This document shows, one piece after another, positions 35,437-43,070 of a DNA stretch of 64,000 bases (position 1 is its first letter; each line of letters starts with the position of its first letter). Location: NCBI GenBank assembly GCA_027315165.1, contig DAHUYN010000007.1, positions 10,260-74,259 of the forward strand, written 5' to 3'. Both the position numbers and the translations under genes were made by a program. Under the pieces are notes generated by a model that did no database searches, was not told the DNA's origin, and worked only from the letters and a program-made list of their open reading frames with translations. The stretch comes from Thermoplasmata archaeon. Lineage in GTDB: Archaea; Thermoplasmatota; Thermoplasmata; Lutacidiplasmatales; UBA184.

Positions 35437-36794
35437 CGCGCGCGGGCCGTGCCCCGGCCGGCGAGAAGGTCGAACACGTCCCGGCCCGCGACCGTCCCGA
35501 GGGTCCCCAACGCGGCGGCCCGCTCGCCGAACTTCGTGCCGGAGCCGCCGGTCGCGGGCACGCCCGCGCCGACGAGCAGGAACGGGACGGGGTCGTCCGC
35601 GTGCCCCTTGAGGACGCACGGCGTCGCGTGGTCGGCCGTCACGGCGAGCCGGCAGCGTCCGAGGTCGACCCCCTCGAGGAACGGTCCGAAGAAGGAGCGG
35701 TCGAGCGCCTCGACGATCTCCTTCTTGCGGAGCGCGTCGCCGTCGTGACCGGGCTCGTCCGGCCCCTTGAGGTGGACGTAGACGAACGGGTGGGTCCGAA
35801 GGGCCTCGAGCGTCACGCGCGCCCGCTCGCGGAGCGCTGCGTCCCGGTCCGCGCCCATCGGGCCGACGAACAGGTCCGTGAGACCGAGGACCCTCGCGAT
35901 CCCGCGCTCGACGGGCATCTCGGTCACCGCGGCCCCGGGGACGTGGTGCCGGGCCTCGAAGGTGGGCCCCGGCGTCCCCGAGAGGCTGCCGGCGTTGCGG
36001 ACCAAGAGCGCGTTCGCGACCTTGCGGCCCCGTAGCGCCCGGCGGGCGTTCACGGGGTGGCCGGCGAGAACCGGGGCGGCCCGTTCGAGGAACCGGTTGA
36101 CCGCGGTGGCGGTCCTCGCGGCCGACGGTCCGTCGGCGAGCGGGTGGACCTCGAGGAGGCGCGGCGTCTCGACCGAGACCGCGCGTCCCATCCCGCCGAC
36201 CCTCTCGTAGAACGGGTCCGCGTTCGAGACCTCCGGCGAGAGCGAGACCCCGCTACGGGGGTGGAGCCAGAGGACCCCGCGATGGCCGACCGTCGCGCGG
36301 ACCTCGGCCTGGATCCCGTCGGGGCCGAGAAGGTCGGCCTCGGTGAGCGCGCGAGCGAGCTCGCGCGCCTCCTCGGTGCCGAGCGAGCGCCCGACTCGCG
36401 AGTCGAGGATCGCCCCGGCCCCGTCGGAGGTGGCGAAGTTCAGACGGAGGGCCACGTCGACGGGCGAGAGCGGGACCCCGACCCCGAGCGCCTCGAGGAC
36501 CCCGCGCCCGGGCGAGTCGGTCACGGGGTCGAAGCCGAGCAGCGCGTAGACGCCCGCGTCGGACTCCGGCGCCACGCCGGGCCCGACGACCGAGACGACC
36601 CCGAGCTGACCGAGGGCGGCGAGACGGTCGAGGTTCGGTGTCGCCGCCGCCTCGACGGGGCTGAGGCCGCCCGTGGCCGGGTGGGGACGGTCGCCGAGGC
36701 CGTCCAGGATGATGAGCGCGAGCGCGGGGGGCGCGGGGCCGTTCCGGCTCGCCGGTGCGGTCGTCGCCAAGGTCGGAGGGAGCGGCGGACGCAT
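35433..36794 (-). CDS. apgM: 2,3-bisphosphoglycerate-independent phosphoglycerate mutase, archaeal ApgM type
   Basis: ALIILDGLGD N-terminal metal site and an AlkP-superfamily core. ATG at 36794, with a possible leaderless TTG at about 36770; the upstream Arg-rich extension is rejected. Confidence 0.8.
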   Translation of the reverse strand: MRPPLPPTLATTAPASRNGPAPPALALIILDGLGDRPHPATGGLSPVEAAATPNLDRLAALGQLGVVSVVGPGVAPESDAGVYALLGFDPVTDSPGRGVLEALGVGVPLSPVDVALRLNFATSDGAGAILDSRVGRSLGTEEARELARALTEADLLGPDGIQAEVRATVGHRGVLWLHPRSGVSLSPEVSNADPFYERVGGMGRAVSVETPRLLEVHPLADGPSAARTATAVNRFLERAAPVLAGHPVNARRALRGRKVANALLVRNAGSLSGTPGPTFEARHHVPGAAVTEMPVERGIARVLGLTDLFVGPMGADRDAALRERARVTLEALRTHPFVYVHLKGPDEPGHDGDALRKKEIVEALDRSFFGPFLEGVDLGRCRLAVTADHATPCVLKGHADDPVPFLLVGAGVPATGGSGTKFGERAAALGTLGTVAGRDVFDLLAGRGTARAR

Positions 36795-36796
36795 AG

Positions 36797-36802
36797 TTAT
36801 AA
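36797..36802. promoter_or_regulatory. palindromic TATA box TTATAA shared by divergent genes (apgM on the minus strand, zinc-ribbon membrane protein on the plus strand)
   Basis: The sole A/T patch in the 34-nt divergent gap, 27 nt upstream of the GTG at 36829 and abutting the apgM ATG at 36794. Confidence 0.35.
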
Positions 36803-36828
36803 GGAGCACTCCGCTCGCTCGGCCGTCC

Positions 36829-37890
36829 GTGCAGCCGACGCGGGGCATTAAGGGCTTCTTGGCGAGCCGTCCCGGGCTCGTCGTTCTCGGTCTCATCGCC
36901 GTCGGCGCGATGGTCGGAAGCTTCCTCTACCTCGGGCCGTTCATCGCGATCCCGACGCTCCTCCTCTTCGGTCTGGCGATCCCGATCTACGCGGGCTGGA
37001 AGCGCCCGCGGGTCCTCGTCCTCTTCGGGATCGTCGTGCTGCTCGCCGCCGCCCCCCTCGCGACGCTCGCCGACAACCAGGCGATCCGCGCCCCGTCCCC
37101 CGCCTACGCGAGCTCGACGGCGGCGCCGTACGGGAACGGGGGCTCGGTCCTCCAGGGGGCGCTGGCGACGCCGTACACGGGCCTACCGGGCGGCGTCTAC
37201 GAGTTCACCGCCACGGTGCACCCGGAGTACTCGCCCACGAACGCCTCGACGCCGCTCTGGGTGGAGCTGTTCGTCTCGACCTGCCCGGGCGCGACCGGGA
37301 ACTCCTCCCCCAACTGCGGCAGCGGCTACCCGTTCCTGCTCGAGAACGAGTCGCTCCCCGCGAACCTGACCGCGCCGCACTCGGTCTCCTTCAACGTGAC
37401 CCTCAACGGGACGAACATCTGGTGGTGGCAGATGGCGGCCGTTGTCGAGACCCCTGCGAACTCGGGGAACCTCACCTGGATCTTCCTCGACGTCTCCAAC
37501 GGCTACGGGGCCGTGCAGGGTCCTGTCACCGGCGACTTTGCCGCGACCTACGGCGTCATCCTGCTGCCGATCACCGAGGTGATGTTCCTCTACTCGGGGA
37601 CCGTCTTCCTGGTGGGCCTGCTCGTCTACATGTTCCTCAAGGCCCGGGAGGCCCGCCGGCGGCGCCCCCCGATCACGTCGGGCGGAGCGCCGGCGGGCGG
37701 CCCCGCCGCCGGGGGCGGGAGCTCCGAGACGGCCTCCGCGAGCGCCTCCCCGAGCCCCTCTCCGGAAGCGGCGTGCCCGAACTGCGGGGCCGTCGTCTAC
37801 CCGAGCGAGAGCGCCTGCTGGAAGTGCGGGGCCAAGCTTCCGGCGCCGGACGCGACCCCACCCTCGTCGGCGCCGCTCAAGGGCGCGTAG
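36829..37890 (+). CDS. membrane glycoprotein with N-terminal TM helices, an extracellular N-glycosylated domain, a second TM and a cytoplasmic C-terminal zinc ribbon
   Basis: GTG start 27 nt downstream of a palindromic TTATAA box. TM helices LVVLGLIAVGAMVGSFLYLGPFIAIPTLLLFGLAIPIY. Extracellular NAS/NSS/NES/NLT/NVT/NGT sequons. A TM VMFLYSGTVFLVGLLVYMFL. The terminal ribbon is CPNCGAVVYPSESACWKCGAKL. Confidence 0.5.
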   Translation: MQPTRGIKGFLASRPGLVVLGLIAVGAMVGSFLYLGPFIAIPTLLLFGLAIPIYAGWKRPRVLVLFGIVVLLAAAPLATLADNQAIRAPSPAYASSTAAPYGNGGSVLQGALATPYTGLPGGVYEFTATVHPEYSPTNASTPLWVELFVSTCPGATGNSSPNCGSGYPFLLENESLPANLTAPHSVSFNVTLNGTNIWWWQMAAVVETPANSGNLTWIFLDVSNGYGAVQGPVTGDFAATYGVILLPITEVMFLYSGTVFLVGLLVYMFLKAREARRRRPPITSGGAPAGGPAAGGGSSETASASASPSPSPEAACPNCGAVVYPSESACWKCGAKLPAPDATPPSSAPLKGA

Positions 37891-37986
37891 ACGCGGCGCG
37901 CGAGCCTTCTTTCTTCGCGCCGGGGCGCCCGCCCGTGGGGGTGGCGGGCCGCCCCCGCCGCTCAGGACCGGGCCGAAGGGCCCGGC

Positions 37987-40149
37987 TCAGGTGAACGTCG
38001 TCGCCTGGTTCAGGATCGAGAGCGGCATCTGGTCGTTGTAGACGTACAGGTCGACCAGCGTGCTCGCGACCGAGACGCTCAGCGTGAACGGACCGTTGGA
38101 AGGCGCCTGCCAGGTGAGCGTGAGCCAGACGATCCCACCCGTCCCCGACACCGTCGAGGTCGCGGTGACGCCGACGCCGTTGTAGAGCGCGAGCGTGCCG
38201 TTCACGCGGAGCGAGGCGACGACCGCCGTCCCGGCGGGCCCGTTGTCGCGGACGCCGACGTAAACGGTCGTCGGGCGCGTGTGGCTGAGCCCGAGCAGGG
38301 TCACCTGGGCCAGGCCGACGTCGGCGAGGGCGCGGCCGCTCGACGAGGAGCTCGAGAGACCCGCCATGTAGCCGATGAGATTGTAGAGGAGGGCCGCGCC
38401 GGCCTGACCCGTCCCGAACGAGCTGCCCGAGGGGAGGGGCGTCGTGAGGAGCGCCGGGTCGGCGGCGAGGCCGACGCTGTGGCCCGTGCCGACATCCCCG
38501 ACGACGTTGGTGCCGGCCTTGAGGAAGGCGGTTCCGGTGACGCCCTGGGAGAAGTAGTCGTACGGGACGAACTGGCTCGAGGTCGAGAGCGTCTTGTTCA
38601 GCGTGAGCGTGGCCGGGACGCCGTCGGACCGGAGCCCGATCGCGCCGGAGCCGGCGTAGGCGACCGACGCCGTCGCGTTCGGCACGGTGACGCACGTCCC
38701 CGAGCTCGTCCACTTCGCGCCGACCAGGGAGAAGTAGGCGCTCGTGTAGCTCGTGCAGGTGGTCAGCCCGAAGGCGAAGGCGCCCGTGAGGAGGAACGAC
38801 GGCCCGCTCGCGCCGGTGATCTTCGCCTGCTCGGTCGTGCTCGGGGCCTTCGGGCAGCCGCTCGCCCAGTTGCTCCCGAAGTTGATCAGGACGAGCCCGT
38901 AGCTGTTGAACGTCGTCGAGGCGGGCAGGCCCGTCGTGCAGGCGACGAACATCGAGGTGAACGGCACGCCGGCGGCCGTGAGCTCCTGCGCGAGATACGC
39001 GCTCGAGTTGTACGAGGTCCGGACGCCGTTGAGGACGTTGTGCGCGACGAACAGGATCCTCGGGAAGACGGTCAGGTTCAGGGTCGCGGTCGTGACGGTG
39101 GTCCCGCCCGTGGTCGTGACGGCCTCGAGGAGGTAGCTGCCCGGGAGGGACGGCGTCCAGGTCGCCGTCACGACGGCCGTCGAGCCGGCCGGGACCGACC
39201 CGGTCACGTTCGAGAACGCCGCGCCGTTCGCCAGGAAGGAGACGGTCACGCTCGCCCCGGCGCCGCCGGCGGCGACGTAGTCGCTGAGCAGGACCGGCAC
39301 GCCCTTGACGGGGGCCGTCGTGTTCGCGCCGAGCGTCGAGGTGAACGCGCTCGCCGACGCCTCGATCGTCACGGTGAAGGCGATGCTGTTGCGGATCCCC
39401 GAGGCGTCGGTGGCGTTGACGAACAGGTAGAACGTCCCGGTCGAGCTCGTGGTCCCCGAGGCGACGTTGTAGGACCAGAGCCCCGTCACCGCGGAGAAGG
39501 TCATCGCAACCAGGCCCGTGCCCGGAATACCGGGGAGGAGCGAGAGGTTCGCGTAGACCGAGTGGGTGTTCAGCGTCGGGTCCGTGATCTGGACGCTGAC
39601 CGAGAAGGCCTCGCCGACCTGCGGCGTCGTCGGGGAGATCAGGACGCGCACGAACGTCGGGGCCGCGGCGAGCGTCTGGCCGGGGAGCGTCACGCGGAAG
39701 AGCAGCTGCGTCGAGGTGACGACGGAGATCGTGAGGTTCTCCGCCGCGGGGAGCGCGGCGCTCGTCACGTCCGCGTACCAGCTCTGGCCGAGGTTCCAGC
39801 TCGTCGAGCCGTTGAGACCGGAGGCGACGGTGAACGGCGAGGGGAACGCTGTCGGAGCGCCGGAGGCGTAGAGGTAGACCAAGGCCGTCGTCGGGACGGT
39901 CGGCCCGGCGAGGTGCAGCACGTTCACGCCGACGATCTGGGTACCCGCGGCGTTGTAGACGAGCCGGGCGGAGAACTGGTCCGCCGGCTGCGGCGACGGC
40001 GTCGGGAACGTGCTCACGAAGAAGAAGATCGACGAGAACAGCGTCACCGTGAGGCCGAGGAGCAGGATCGTCCCGACCACGTCCGATACGCCACGGCGCT
40101 TCCACCGGCGGGACGACCGTCGGGTCCCCCCGAACCCTCGTGCTGTCAA
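37987..40149 (-). CDS. large secreted/surface glycoprotein with an archaeal class III (type IV pilin-like) signal peptide
   Basis: Frame of ORF 37987..40332. N-terminus ...RRSSRRWKRRG|VSDVVGTILLLGLTVTLF matches the prepilin-peptidase motif [KR]G-[VA]S-x-V-[IV]-x-T-[IV]-L-[LI]. There are dozens of NxS/T sequons and no C-terminal TM. Proposed TTG start at 40149, with a GGAGAG SD and a TATA box upstream. Confidence 0.65.
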   Translation of the reverse strand: MTARGFGGTRRSSRRWKRRGVSDVVGTILLLGLTVTLFSSIFFFVSTFPTPSPQPADQFSARLVYNAAGTQIVGVNVLHLAGPTVPTTALVYLYASGAPTAFPSPFTVASGLNGSTSWNLGQSWYADVTSAALPAAENLTISVVTSTQLLFRVTLPGQTLAAAPTFVRVLISPTTPQVGEAFSVSVQITDPTLNTHSVYANLSLLPGIPGTGLVAMTFSAVTGLWSYNVASGTTSSTGTFYLFVNATDASGIRNSIAFTVTIEASASAFTSTLGANTTAPVKGVPVLLSDYVAAGGAGASVTVSFLANGAAFSNVTGSVPAGSTAVVTATWTPSLPGSYLLEAVTTTGGTTVTTATLNLTVFPRILFVAHNVLNGVRTSYNSSAYLAQELTAAGVPFTSMFVACTTGLPASTTFNSYGLVLINFGSNWASGCPKAPSTTEQAKITGASGPSFLLTGAFAFGLTTCTSYTSAYFSLVGAKWTSSGTCVTVPNATASVAYAGSGAIGLRSDGVPATLTLNKTLSTSSQFVPYDYFSQGVTGTAFLKAGTNVVGDVGTGHSVGLAADPALLTTPLPSGSSFGTGQAGAALLYNLIGYMAGLSSSSSSGRALADVGLAQVTLLGLSHTRPTTVYVGVRDNGPAGTAVVASLRVNGTLALYNGVGVTATSTVSGTGGIVWLTLTWQAPSNGPFTLSVSVASTLVDLYVYNDQMPLSILNQATTFT

Positions 40150-40204
40150 GGTCTCTCCGAACCCGAGACCGGGTCGGTACGACCGTAAACATGGCGGGCC
40201 TCGG

Positions 40205-40211
40205 TATTTAG
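40205..40211 (-). promoter_or_regulatory. TATA box (CTAAATAC on the minus strand) for the class III signal-peptide glycoprotein gene
   Basis: About 55 nt upstream of the proposed TTG start (40149). A GGAGAG SD-like sequence sits 3 nt before the TTG. Confidence 0.35.
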
Positions 40212-40440
40212 ACGTTCTCGCGGGCCCGCGGACCCCCCGCGGCGTCTCGTTCGTGGCTCCGCGCCGCGACCCACACGTATGCGCACCGGCCGCGCGCCGT
40301 CCGGGGCGACCGGCGCGACCCCGGTTATACACAGGTCCGGCCGCGACCGGCCCGAGTTTCGACGAGCCCCGGATTTGTTCGACACGTCAGCCGGGACCCG
40401 CGCCGGGGGGTCCCGGCGTCTCTCGCCGCAACACGTGGGA

Positions 40441-40452
40441 TTTGTTTAAGTA
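40441..40452 (+). promoter_or_regulatory. TATA-like box (TTTGTTTAAGTA) for the RHH/FtsZ-like operon
   Basis: About 29 nt upstream of the GTG at 40481. Confidence 0.45.
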
Positions 40453-40456
40453 GGTG

Positions 40457-40476
40457 GGCGCGGCATAGCTCGCGCC
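40457..40476 (+). promoter_or_regulatory. palindromic candidate operator (GGCGCG-gcatagct-CGCGCC) between the TATA box and the RHH gene start
   Basis: A 6-bp perfect inverted repeat with an 8-nt spacer, positioned over the predicted TSS. RHH proteins typically autoregulate through such palindromes. Confidence 0.35.
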
Positions 40477-40480
40477 AGTC

Positions 40481-40984
40481 GTGTTCGACAAACCCACCCC
40501 TCGGCCCCCGGAGCGCTCTCCCGAGCCCTCCGGCCGCCGGGTCGGCCCCGAGGACGAGCGGATCGCGCTGCGGTGCAACCGCAGAGAGCTCCAGCTCCTG
40601 GACTCGTTCGTCGCCAGCGGCGAGTTCCGAAGCCGGTCCGAGCTCATGCGGAGCGCGCTCCAGGAGTTCCTCAGGGCGCGTGCGTCCGAGGCGGTCTCCG
40701 CCCCGGCCGCCGCCCTGCCGCCGGGCCTCGTCGAGGTCCCGGTGCGCCTGCGCCGAGAGGAGGTCGAGGCCTTCACGACCTACGCCGAGCAGGTGGCGAA
40801 CGGGCAACCGCTCGCCGACCTGCTGGCGACGGTGCTCCGCCGCGGTGAGGTGGAGCTGAAGGTCTCCGAGCTCGCGAAGCGGGCCCGCCAGCAGCGGACA
40901 GAGGCCGACGAGGCGCGAGCCTCGTTGAGCGAGCTGTCGCGCAGTGGCGAGGACCTCGCGCGTCGGGGGGTCGTGGGCCGGTAG
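40481..40984 (+). CDS. ribbon-helix-helix (CopG/MetJ-like) DNA-binding protein with a C-terminal coiled-coil
   Basis: 167 aa with a GTG start. RHH core IALRCNRRELQLLDSFVASGEFRSRSELMRSALQEFL (beta strand plus two helices), then a helical charged region (ELKVSELAKRARQQRTEADEARASLSELSRS). Confidence 0.6.
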   Translation: MFDKPTPRPPERSPEPSGRRVGPEDERIALRCNRRELQLLDSFVASGEFRSRSELMRSALQEFLRARASEAVSAPAAALPPGLVEVPVRLRREEVEAFTTYAEQVANGQPLADLLATVLRRGEVELKVSELAKRARQQRTEADEARASLSELSRSGEDLARRGVVGR

Positions 40985-41013
40985 GCCGCGGGGGAGAGGA
41001 CACGCTACCAGGG

Positions 41014-41928
41014 GTGGGAGCGACGTACGAGAACGAGCTGGAGGAACGCGGGGCAGAACGAACACCGGAGCGGACCGACGAGGGCTTCGAGGACATCGTC
41101 TTCGAGGCGCCGCGGCTCGGCCACGACATCCGGTTCATCTTCGCCGCCGTCGGCGGCGGCGCGGTCCGCATCGGCCGTGAGGTCGCGAATCACCACCTCA
41201 AGTACGTCGAGACCGTGGCGATCAACTGCGACGCCCAGGTCCAGGACCTCGAGGAGTACGACCGCCGGGTCTACCTCGGTCCGCACGATGGCACGGCCGG
41301 CGACACGCGCGGCTCCCCCTCGGAGGGCGGCCAGATCGCCCGCGCCGCGATGCCCGCCCTCGAGCGGATCTTCGACGGCGCCACGTTCGTCACCGTCCTC
41401 TGCAGCCTTGGCGGCGGCTCCGGCACCGGAGCGCTCCCCTACGTCATCGAGGCCGCCGTGCGCTCCGCGCGCGTCGTCACGGTCTTCGCCGTCAAGCCGT
41501 TCAAGGTCGAGGGCGACCGCCGCGCCGTCGCCGACCGCGCGCTCGCCCGGCTCCACTTCGTCGAGCCGTTCGTCGAGAAGCAGGAGTTCGGGGCCGCCCG
41601 CCTCCAGATCCTCGACAACGAGTCGCTCCACACGAAGGGCCGGACGATGCTCTTCAAGGACGTGAACCTCCACTGGGGCCGCGTGATCGCGACGCACATC
41701 GACCGGTCGTTCATCGGTCCGTCCGAGCACGAGCTCGCCAAGTTCCACGAGAACCACCCGGTGCCGGCCCCGACGCTCGCCACGAGCCTCGAGCTGCCGC
41801 GCCCCGCGGCCCTCGACCCGATGGCGCTCCCGCCTCTCCTCCCGCAGGCGGGCTGGGCGCCCGAGGCGCCGTCCGAGACGGAGCTCACCTTCGAGGTCGA
41901 CCGTCCCGGCGGCCCGGGTCTCTCGTAG
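41014..41928 (+). CDS. FtsZ/tubulin-superfamily GTPase-domain protein, truncated form (N-terminal GTP-binding domain only)
   Basis: 304 aa. G-box IRFIFAAVGGGAVRIG, AINCDAQVQDL (compare FtsZ AVNTDAQAL), tubulin signature LGGGSGTG, and VFAVKPFKVEGDRRAVADRALARL (compare FtsZ VVTKPFNFEGKKRMAFAEQGI). No recognisable T7 loop or C-terminal domain follows. Confidence 0.65.
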   Translation: MGATYENELEERGAERTPERTDEGFEDIVFEAPRLGHDIRFIFAAVGGGAVRIGREVANHHLKYVETVAINCDAQVQDLEEYDRRVYLGPHDGTAGDTRGSPSEGGQIARAAMPALERIFDGATFVTVLCSLGGGSGTGALPYVIEAAVRSARVVTVFAVKPFKVEGDRRAVADRALARLHFVEPFVEKQEFGAARLQILDNESLHTKGRTMLFKDVNLHWGRVIATHIDRSFIGPSEHELAKFHENHPVPAPTLATSLELPRPAALDPMALPPLLPQAGWAPEAPSETELTFEVDRPGGPGLS

Positions 41929-41992
41929 GGGCGGCGCGGCCCCGGACGCCGACCGCGCGCAACCTTAAGTGCGGAGCCGACTCGGAGCGGCG

Positions 41993-42157
41993 ATGGACGC
42001 GCGGCTCACGGTCGGCCTCGGCACCTTCGTGCTGCCGGCCGCGCTGATCGGGGTCACCGTCTGGAAGTTCTCCTCGAACCCCCTGGCCGTGCTCGCCCTG
42101 CTCGCGGTGATGCTCGTCGGCGGCTTCTACCTGCTGAGCTACACGGGCTCGGAGTAG
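41993..42157 (+). CDS. small 2-TM membrane protein (about 54 aa)
   Basis: MDARLTVGLGTFVLPAALIGVTVWKFSSNPLAVLALLAVMLVGGFYLLSYTGSE, directly downstream of the FtsZ-like gene on the same strand. Confidence 0.35.
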   Translation: MDARLTVGLGTFVLPAALIGVTVWKFSSNPLAVLALLAVMLVGGFYLLSYTGSE

Positions 42158-42197
42158 GGCGAGGGTCCGCGGCGAGAGGCCGCGACCGACGGCCGGC

Positions 42198-42980
42198 CTA
42201 CTGGTACATCCCCGGGATCGCGGGCGGCCCTTCCGTCGTAGGCTCCGCCGTGCGGGGCCGGTTCTTCATGGCGGCGCGGAGCGCCCGCTCGATCACCTCG
42301 GCCTGGGAGCGGAGAGGGCCGGTGTCGATCGACAGCTCGGGGAGGAACCGGTCGAGCATCTCGATCAGCGCGGCGCCCGCGCGGTGGTCGGGGAACCCCT
42401 CGGGCCCCTGCGAGCTCGTGAGAAGCACGGCGACGGGCACCGAGCGGTGGATCCCCTTGACGAGCAGCGCGCCCGAGACGCCGCCGATGACCCCGTCGTC
42501 GAGCGACCGGGCGCCCGCGACGCGGAACGTCGTCGCGAGGCTCGGGTCCGGTCGCGAGAGGACCACCCACACGCTCTCGGTCGGCTCGGCGGGGGCCTCC
42601 TCCTCGACCGGATGCGGCACGACGCCCTCGAGGCAGACGACCATACGGCACCCCTTCGCCTCCGCGGCGGTGAGGATCGTCTCGGCGATCGACGCCGAGG
42701 CGCCGGCGGAGGTGGGGAACTCCGAGACGACGAGCCCGAGGTTCGGCCGACCGTAGACGCGTACGGCCGGCTGGACGTGCCCGGACTGGACGAGCGCGAT
42801 CGGCGGGGCATCCGGCGAGTCGAGGAACCCGACGCGGGGCAGGTTCAGCGTGCGGACGATGTAGTGGGCCGCGACGGTCGTCGCGAGCCCGGCGCTGGGA
42901 AAGCTCGTGAGGAGGACCGCGCCCTTGGCGAGGGCCGGGGCGCCGGGCTCGTCGATCCAGCGGAACGGTGCGGCCGTCAT
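42198..42980 (-). CDS. PAC2-family (proteasome assembly chaperone-like) protein
   Basis: 260 aa. N-terminal LLTSFPSAGLATTVAAHYIV pattern and length fit the archaeal PAC2/COG1938 family. The assignment rests on motif resemblance only. Confidence 0.5.
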   Translation of the reverse strand: MTAAPFRWIDEPGAPALAKGAVLLTSFPSAGLATTVAAHYIVRTLNLPRVGFLDSPDAPPIALVQSGHVQPAVRVYGRPNLGLVVSEFPTSAGASASIAETILTAAEAKGCRMVVCLEGVVPHPVEEEAPAEPTESVWVVLSRPDPSLATTFRVAGARSLDDGVIGGVSGALLVKGIHRSVPVAVLLTSSQGPEGFPDHRAGAALIEMLDRFLPELSIDTGPLRSQAEVIERALRAAMKNRPRTAEPTTEGPPAIPGMYQ

Positions 42981-43070
42981 CGGCGCGAGGTAGGTTCGAC
43001 AGTACTAAGCCCTTCGGAGCGCGTCAGCGCCGCGCAAAGGCCCAAGTACTCGCCGCCCGGTGACCGCGCT

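Noticed and set aside
37877-40192. 771-aa minus-strand ORF (MFTVVPTRSRVRR...) and 635-aa plus-strand ORF overlapping the class III signal-peptide glycoprotein gene
   Set aside because: Arg/Asp/Pro-rich and featureless. The competing 781-aa frame has a prepilin-like signal peptide and a coherent Ser/Thr/Asn-rich extracellular composition.
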